A stretch of 64,000 nucleotides of DNA. Source: an uncultured Clostridia bacterium (GTDB lineage: Bacteria > Bacillota > Clostridia > Christensenellales > UBA1242). The position numbers were made by a program, and so were the translations under genes. The notes beneath the pieces are model-generated. The model saw nothing but the letters and a program-made list of their open reading frames with translations, had not been told where the DNA came from and searched no databases. Position 1 is the stretch's first letter. The number at the start of each line of letters is the position of its first letter. This document shows positions 58,486 to 64,000 of the stretch, one piece after another. The stretch is from contig CAMENR010000003.1 in NCBI GenBank assembly GCA_945928645.1, positions 40 to 64,039 of the forward strand, in the 5' to 3' direction.

Positions 58486-58672
58486 AAAACTAAACTCCTT
58501 ATCCAAAAATATCTTAACCTATTATATACACAAATCTTTTCAAATCAAAATAAAATGCATTGGTTGAGAAATAAAACTTTTTTTAATATATTTTATCAAA
58601 TGCTTGATTTAGATTTCATTTTAGAATAAAATATTGTTGTATAAATATTAAAACATAAGAAAAGGAGAGAAT

Positions 58673-59098
58673 ATGGACATTTACTTGATTTTGACAATAC
58701 TATTAGGTTGTGTCTGCTTGTTTATGTTGGTGTTGCTTGTTGCAATCAACAAAAAATATAGCAAAATGCTAAATGCTATGCGCAACAGAGAAGTGGACAA
58801 CATCAATCAAAAAAATGGAGTGAGATACACCATTGACCAAACTGTTGTAGACGAAAATGGAGAAATGAATGTTTCTCTATCCCAAAAGGATATCATATTG
58901 AAACAAAACGAAACACAAATAGCCGGCATCAAAAATAAAATCAAACCTGGCAAATACACAGTGCTATCCAGTGGAGATGACGAAAAATTTAACATTCGTC
59001 TTGGCGACCTTGTAAAAGAATATCGTCATGGGCAAAGCATAATTATTGCCGAAGGCGAAGAAATTACTGCTATAAGTAGCACAGTTATACTAAGATAA
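58673..59098 (+). CDS. Hypothetical N-terminally anchored small protein
   Basis: AAGGAGAG RBS. One TM helix, then a ~110-aa soluble domain. Confidence 0.65.
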   Translation: MDIYLILTILLGCVCLFMLVLLVAINKKYSKMLNAMRNREVDNINQKNGVRYTIDQTVVDENGEMNVSLSQKDIILKQNETQIAGIKNKIKPGKYTVLSSGDDEKFNIRLGDLVKEYRHGQSIIIAEGEEITAISSTVILR

Positions 59099-59111
59099 AT
59101 AGGAGAAAATT

Positions 59112-60179
59112 ATGGGACTTTTCAAATTCTTAAAATCACAACTTTTGAAAAATATCGACTGGCTGGATAACAGTCAAAATACTATGGTCTATCGCTTCCC
59201 TATGGAAGGCAGAGAGATTATGATTGGCTCTAAACTAACTGTTAGAGAAAGCCAAGTGGCAATCTTTATGGTCAAAGGAAAGATTGCTGATGTTTTTGGG
59301 CCAGGAATACATACCTTGGTTGTTAACAATCTGCCAATATTGTCTGCACTTTTGGCTTGGCCAAGGGGTTTCAAATCGCCATTTACTGCAGATGTGTTCT
59401 TTGTAAACACCAAGCAGTTTACCAATCAAAAATGGGGCACAACCAACCCAATAACAATGAGAGATAAAGATTTCGGCTCTATAAGAATAAAGAGTTATGG
59501 AACATTTGCCTTTAAGGTCAACGAGCCAACAATCTTTCTAAAAGAACTTTTTGGAACAAACTCCCTTTACACAACAGAGAGTGTAGTAAGTTATCTAAGG
59601 AGTATGCTTGTTTCTGGCATTTCGGACACCATTGCTCAGAGCAAAATAAGCGCATTAGATTTGGCTTGCAACCTTTTGGAATTTAATACTTTGGCAAAGG
59701 AGCAAATTGATACTCAATTTACAAAATTAGGCCTTGACCTAACCAACCTAGTCATAGAAAATATTTCCTTCCCAGAACAAGTAGAAAAAGCCTTGGACGA
59801 AAGGACTTCTATGGGAGTTATGGCAGACAAAATGGATGTGTATATCAAATACAAATCTGCACAAGCCATTGGCGACGCAGCCAAAAATCCAGGTATGGCT
59901 GGAGTAGGCAGTCAACTGGGTGCAGGGCTTGCCTTGGGACAGGTGATGAAAGATGCGATAAGTTCCTCCACTTCAACATCTTCTCCAAAAGAACAGGGGG
60001 AAAAAGAAAAGAAGGCTCGCTTCTGCCCAGAGTGTGGCGCTCAAAATGGTGCTAGGGCAAAGTTCTGCTGTGAATGTGGAAAGCCTCTTGCAAGCACTAA
60101 AAAAGTTTGTCCAAATTGTGGAGCAGAAGTCAACAAATCTGCAAAATTTTGTGGAGAATGTGGAGAAAAAATAAGTTAA
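59112..60179 (+). CDS. SPFH (band-7) domain protein with C-terminal triple zinc-ribbon (COG4260 / B. subtilis YdjI-like)
   Basis: DWLDNSQNTMVYRFPMEGREIMIGSKLTVRESQVAIFMVKGKIADVFGPGIHTL. The C-terminus has CPECG...CCECG...CPNCG...CGECG. Confidence 0.85.
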   Translation: MGLFKFLKSQLLKNIDWLDNSQNTMVYRFPMEGREIMIGSKLTVRESQVAIFMVKGKIADVFGPGIHTLVVNNLPILSALLAWPRGFKSPFTADVFFVNTKQFTNQKWGTTNPITMRDKDFGSIRIKSYGTFAFKVNEPTIFLKELFGTNSLYTTESVVSYLRSMLVSGISDTIAQSKISALDLACNLLEFNTLAKEQIDTQFTKLGLDLTNLVIENISFPEQVEKALDERTSMGVMADKMDVYIKYKSAQAIGDAAKNPGMAGVGSQLGAGLALGQVMKDAISSSTSTSSPKEQGEKEKKARFCPECGAQNGARAKFCCECGKPLASTKKVCPNCGAEVNKSAKFCGECGEKIS

Positions 60180-60180
60180 T

Positions 60181-61248
60181 ATGGCAACATCAAACAAATG
60201 TAAAAACTGTGGTGCAGAGTTAGTTTTTGGGGTAGAAGAACAAACCCTTGTTTGCACTCATTGCACATCAAAGGTAGAATTCGAAAAATCAACAAAAGCA
60301 TTGGAGAAAAAGACTTTTGACAACACATCGTCAATAGAGCAAGAGCCAGTAAAATTTACCCAATTCCTATGCTCAACATGTGGGCGTGGACACCTTTCTC
60401 CTGCAGATATCCCTCTAACACGTTGCCCAAGTTGTGGAGCAATGACTCTAGAGCGTACAATGAAGGTTTCTTATCGTCCAGATGGGATAATCCCTTTCAA
60501 AATAAAAAAGGCCACCGCTATAGAAAGGTTTTACAGTTGGGTAAAATACAGAAAACTAGCCCCAAACAACCTCAAAAAATTTGCGCGTGCAGAAACACTA
60601 AATGGATTATATATCCCAGCCTATGCCTTTGACTTTGACACTGTGAGCAACTATTCTGGTATAGGAAATACCGAACATCGAGATAGCAAAGGAAACACTC
60701 GCATAGAAAGCGAAAGGTTTTCTGGTTCGGAAAGTCGTAATTACAAAAACTATTTGGAAAGCGCTTGTAGTGAAGTATCCTCCTACAAACTTCAATCGTT
60801 AGGTGGATACAATTTCTCTAATATTTGCTTATATTCCCCAGAGTATCTCTATGGGTGGATAGCAAGCGAAGTTGTAAATAATTTGCAAGACGCACACAGG
60901 AATGTAATTGGTTGTGTGGAAACAGATATTGCCAATGCTATTCTATCCAAAAAACGCCTTCATTATGATTCTGTTAGCAACTTTATTTGTTCAACAACCT
61001 TTAACAATCAAAAATATAGTTATATATATCTACCTATTTGGAAAGGTACATACAAATATAAATCAAAAAACTATTACTACTATGTAAATGGCGAAAATGG
61101 GTCTGTAACAGGGACCTCTCCAAAAAGTGTTTTGAAAATACTCCTTATTGTGCTTGCTTTCTTAGGTTTCTTTGCTCTAATTATGTGGATAATATTCAAA
61201 TATGGCAATGGGGCAGATTCTATTGAAGGTCTTATAGGCAATTTGTAG
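60181..61248 (+). CDS. Double zinc-ribbon protein with C-terminal TM anchor (possibly YdjG-like)
   Basis: Start ATG lies 1 nt after the upstream stop (TAAtATG), suggesting coupling. CKNCG...CTHC and CSTCG...CPSCG, and a C-terminal LKILLIVLAFLGFFALIMWIIF. Confidence 0.7.
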   Translation: MATSNKCKNCGAELVFGVEEQTLVCTHCTSKVEFEKSTKALEKKTFDNTSSIEQEPVKFTQFLCSTCGRGHLSPADIPLTRCPSCGAMTLERTMKVSYRPDGIIPFKIKKATAIERFYSWVKYRKLAPNNLKKFARAETLNGLYIPAYAFDFDTVSNYSGIGNTEHRDSKGNTRIESERFSGSESRNYKNYLESACSEVSSYKLQSLGGYNFSNICLYSPEYLYGWIASEVVNNLQDAHRNVIGCVETDIANAILSKKRLHYDSVSNFICSTTFNNQKYSYIYLPIWKGTYKYKSKNYYYYVNGENGSVTGTSPKSVLKILLIVLAFLGFFALIMWIIFKYGNGADSIEGLIGNL

Positions 61249-61281
61249 ACTTATCCACATAGTTTGCAAATTTGTGGATAA
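61184..61281. promoter_or_regulatory. Three perfect DnaA-box 9-mers, including an inverted pair TTATCCACA-N13-TGTGGATAA
   Basis: TGTGGATAA 61184-61192 (inside the CDS 3' end), TTATCCACA 61251-61259, TGTGGATAA 61273-61281. Confidence 0.55.
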
Positions 61282-61331
61282 CTATCCTGTCTAGCCCACC
61301 TTAATACATTATTCTACGTTTAATGAGTAAC

Positions 61332-61365
61332 AAAAAATCCAAGGCAAATATGTCTTGGATTTTTA
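61332..61365. terminator. Bidirectional terminator between convergent genes
   Basis: aaaaaATCCAAGgcaaatatgtCTTGGATtttt. Confidence 0.7.
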
Positions 61366-61389
61366 TTATATAGCATAACAATTAGCAAA

Positions 61390-62553
61390 TTATTTGCTTT
61401 GAACATACTGATTGTCAAATTTTTCTGTCCACTGGCACCCTTCTACCCTTTGGCTATCCAAATTTGGCAATATTTGAATAAGTTCTCCAACGTGAACATC
61501 TGGGTCTTTTGTTCCGTATCCCATTTGACCTTTGGCATATTCCATAGCATTGTTTATAAGTCTTTCCAACTCTTTTTTGTCGGAAATAGGTTGTTCGGTT
61601 GTAAATGATGAAGAGATAAAATCTCCACCTTTGGTGTATGCAAAGAAGAATTCTTCCACCTTATTTGGCACAAGTCTTGCCATTGGTATAAGCCCGTTTA
61701 CTATATTATATGTCTTACCTTCATATATTTCGCCATACAAAGGTTCACCGTCAAGATTATCTACCTTATGATAAGTCCTTTTGAATATTTCAAATTTGTC
61801 ATCCGAATACTTTAAGGCGTGTTGCAAGTCTTCCTTGGTTGGTGTTGCATCCTCTTGTGCAGTTACTCCTATATAATATTTTGGCTTTTCAGTAACAAAG
61901 AAGTGAGCAATATTGTTGTCTACCCCTTTGACTTCTTTATAAGCAATCCTTTCGTTCCTATACCCCAAAATATAACTAGCCACCACCTGAGAGGCAATCT
62001 CCTGAGGGATATCATTTTTTTCATATTTTACATCTACTGCTTTCTCTTTGCATAGCTTTGCAATATCTGGATTAGGTTTAATAGATTCTTCTTTTAATGC
62101 CCTACCTACTATTCCTTTTGCAATAGAGTCAAGATGTCTTTGCTCTGTTTCCTTTTCTTTGTCATATATCCAACTGTCTGGCCTATCATTAAAATATGCT
62201 ACTGCATCCCCTGTGTCTATATTAAACACTATTGCATGTTTTGGTTTGTTTGAAGATACCGGAGTAGATTTGGAAAAATATTGTGGGATTTTTCCTTCTT
62301 TGTCTGGCACTGCATCATACCTTCTTCCCTCTACAAGAACACAATACAACCTCCCGTGTGGAGTATCTTGACAAATAGAGTTGATTATCTGAAAAACCTC
62401 AATTCTGTCAACAATATCACCAGGTTGCATTGCCTGTGCAATAATATCATCAGTCAAGGCAAAACTTCTGTCTTTCGATATCACCGAAAAGCAACTATTG
62501 TTGGCAACTTCTGACACTACATCCTCTACAAGCTCTTTGGTTGCGAATTTCAT
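61390..62553 (-). CDS. Hypothetical protein (387 aa), no recognised motif
   Basis: AAGGAG RBS. An intact ORF with coding-like composition. Confidence 0.7.
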   Translation of the reverse strand: MKFATKELVEDVVSEVANNSCFSVISKDRSFALTDDIIAQAMQPGDIVDRIEVFQIINSICQDTPHGRLYCVLVEGRRYDAVPDKEGKIPQYFSKSTPVSSNKPKHAIVFNIDTGDAVAYFNDRPDSWIYDKEKETEQRHLDSIAKGIVGRALKEESIKPNPDIAKLCKEKAVDVKYEKNDIPQEIASQVVASYILGYRNERIAYKEVKGVDNNIAHFFVTEKPKYYIGVTAQEDATPTKEDLQHALKYSDDKFEIFKRTYHKVDNLDGEPLYGEIYEGKTYNIVNGLIPMARLVPNKVEEFFFAYTKGGDFISSSFTTEQPISDKKELERLINNAMEYAKGQMGYGTKDPDVHVGELIQILPNLDSQRVEGCQWTEKFDNQYVQSK

Positions 62554-62574
62554 AATTTTGTCTCCTTTGGTAAA

Positions 62575-63123
62575 TTATCTAGATTGCTCTTGTTTATCAC
62601 TATTGCAAAAGTTAATAAAGTCTTCATCTTTTTCAATAGAGTTATAGTTTTCTTCCAAAATATGTCTAGTGGTTGTGTCTTTGGAATTTTCGGCAATTTG
62701 TTCTGTTTCTTCATTCACTTCCACTGCTTTTACACCATCTTCGCTAGCAAGAAGAACTACATCTTGTTCTTTCCCTGTTCTACGAGGAAGGGTAACCCCT
62801 TTGCCATCATATCTTTCAGCAAAATAGGCAATAGTTTCCTTTTCTATATTTTCAAAAACTTTTCCTTTTAGCCTAATAGCAATAACACCCTCTGCCTCAG
62901 GATATTTCTTCTTTTTCAAGCAAACTTTTTCAAGTGCATTGCAAAGGCGAATATTAACCTTTTTTGCACCCAACTCCTTTGCCTTTTTGTTGGCAGAAGT
63001 AATCATAGAAGGAGTAATCATATCCAAATTTCCACACAAGATATTTTCTGTATATACCCCATTTTCCACCTTGTTATGTTTCTTCAAATAATATTCAATT
63101 GCTTTATATTTGTTTACACTCAT
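62575..63123 (-). CDS. Hypothetical protein (~182 aa), no recognised motif
   Basis: AAGGAG RBS before the ATG at 63123 (MSVNKYKAIEYYLKK...). The track ORF extends to 63231 without an RBS. Confidence 0.6.
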   Translation of the reverse strand: MSVNKYKAIEYYLKKHNKVENGVYTENILCGNLDMITPSMITSANKKAKELGAKKVNIRLCNALEKVCLKKKKYPEAEGVIAIRLKGKVFENIEKETIAYFAERYDGKGVTLPRRTGKEQDVVLLASEDGVKAVEVNEETEQIAENSKDTTTRHILEENYNSIEKDEDFINFCNSDKQEQSR

Positions 63124-63486
63124 TTCAAAATCTCCTTTTGTTGAGTATATTTTACCACATAATGAAATTTTTTCAATAGAAAAAAATAAATTTGTTAATT
63201 TATACAATCTAAATTTTCCCCCAATATGCAATCATAGCCACATAAAAACCCCTTAACAAAAAACATTTCCTCGCAATTTATATACAACAAAAACCTTAAC
63301 TCTTCTCTAAACAAAAATCGTGTAATTAAAATCAATGAATACACGAATGTAAGTGTAAGGGATAGATAGGTAAAGTTGCATTAACAAACACTCATTAACA
63401 CATATTGTAAAGCAACGAATTAAAAAGTTATAATAATTAAGTAAAAGCAAAATAACAATAAATTTTAAGAATTTAGTTAATATCTA

Positions 63487-63515
63487 TTGACAACCAGCAA
63501 AAATTATATTAAAAT
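63487..63515 (+). promoter_or_regulatory. Strong sigma-A-type promoter upstream of the tRNA-Lys locus
   Basis: TTGACA(63487-63492)-N17-TAAAAT(63510-63515). Confidence 0.6.
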
Positions 63516-63628
63516 TGCATTGTTGTTGATTGGTTTTCATATGTTATAACTTTGTGTTATGTTTATGAATAAAAAGTTATTTTCAGTTAAAAACGGAATC
63601 CTAGTCTAACAATATCCAATAAATTTCT

Positions 63629-63672
63629 GGACCACTAGCTCAGTTGGTAGAGCACCTGACTCTTAATCAGGG
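63629..63672 (+). pseudogene. Orphan 5' half of tRNA-Lys(CTT) (acceptor 5' strand through anticodon arm), lacking T-arm and 3' acceptor
   Basis: 63626-63672 is 47/47 identical to 63791-63837. The sequence diverges exactly after the anticodon stem. Confidence 0.8.
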
Positions 63673-63793
63673 CGCGACGCGTTGGAAAAGTTGCCTGTGG
63701 CAAGTTTTTAGCCAAAGCGGTGAAGAAGCTGTGCTTCGAGCGGAGGGGTTTCCCCGGACACCCTTACAATAATCTGGGAATAATTTAATATCT

Positions 63794-63869
63794 GGACCAC
63801 TAGCTCAGTTGGTAGAGCACCTGACTCTTAATCAGGGTGTCCGGGGTTCGAGCCCCCGGTGGTCCACCA
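63794..63869 (+). tRNA. tRNA-Lys (anticodon CTT), CCA encoded
   Basis: GGACCAC/GTGGTCC acceptor stem, GCTC-AGTTGGTA-GAGC D-arm, CCTGA-CTCTTAA-TCAGG anticodon arm, CGGGG-TTCGAGC-CCCCG T-arm, then A-CCA. Confidence 0.95.
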
Positions 63870-63873
63870 GACA

Positions 63874-63898
63874 CTCCCTTTCTATTAGGGAGTTTTTT
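63874..63898 (+). terminator. Rho-independent terminator after tRNA-Lys
   Basis: CTCCCTttctattAGGGAGtttttt. Confidence 0.75.
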
Positions 63899-63922
63899 GT
63901 TGGATAAAGGGTATTTATTTGC

Positions 63923-63955
63923 AAAAAAACCTAGCGAATTAGCTAGGTTTTTTTT
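63923..63955. terminator. Second, bidirectional hairpin terminator
   Basis: aaaaaaaCCTAGCgaattaGCTAGGtttttttt. Confidence 0.6.
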
Positions 63956-64000
63956 AGGTTGTATATAAATCTTATTATTAAATTCTATCTTTTACTTTTC

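Noticed and set aside
63629-63763. Interpreting the first tRNA-like copy as an intron-containing, long-variable-arm or split tRNA.
   Set aside because: No T-arm (GGTTCGA-type) and no 3' acceptor strand complementary to GGACCAC follow within the ~120-nt spacer. The insert is far too short for a group I intron, and the position (after the anticodon stem) is non-canonical.

Overview
This is low-GC (roughly one-third G+C by eye) chromosomal DNA that looks like Bacillota (Firmicutes). It uses the standard genetic code, with TAA, TAG and TGA all seen as stops.

Half of the window is one uninterrupted ORF on the minus strand, 17150..49858 (32,709 nt, 10,902 codons, about 1.2 MDa). I read its product as a giant surface protein anchored only at its N-terminus. 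From N- to C-terminus it has:
- a cytoplasmic Q/N/P/G-rich low-complexity head of about 230 aa;
- a single TM helix;
- a roughly 3,000-aa array of Listeria-Bacteroides (Flg_new-type) repeat domains;
- seven successive right-handed beta-helix modules full of Chlamydia-PMP-like GGA(I/V)Y ... N repeats, with more Flg_new stretches between the first three and one BspA-type LRR domain before the fourth;
- a W/Y-rich C-terminal domain of about 180 aa with no sortase, SLH or TM anchor.

The flanks are ordinary housekeeping and accessory genes:
- the 5' 1.1 kb of a 23S rRNA gene with no 16S upstream;
- asnS;
- a CvpA-like membrane domain fused to a 1,200-aa unknown domain;
- a GT2-TPR glycosyltransferase and a Wzy_C (O-antigen-ligase family) protein;
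- a PaaI thioesterase, an SDR and YjzC;
- DUF1846 and TVP38;
- recR, which looks leaderless;
- a TetR operon, Tex, DUF1015 and a phosphohexomutase;
- an SPFH/zinc-ribbon (YdjI/YdjG-like) cluster;
- two unknown genes;
- tRNA-Lys(CTT), preceded by a duplicated 5' tRNA half.

I found no transposase, integrase, CRISPR array or recognisable defence system.

Non-coding signals worth follow-up are two identical palindromes of perfect DnaA boxes (TTATCCACA-N13-TGTGGATAA) at 15.67 kb and 61.25 kb, and a cluster of near-consensus boxes in the 1-kb AT-rich region upstream of the giant gene.

All family assignments come from motif recognition by eye, not from searches. Sub-domain coordinates inside the giant ORF are approximate (about +/-50 nt).
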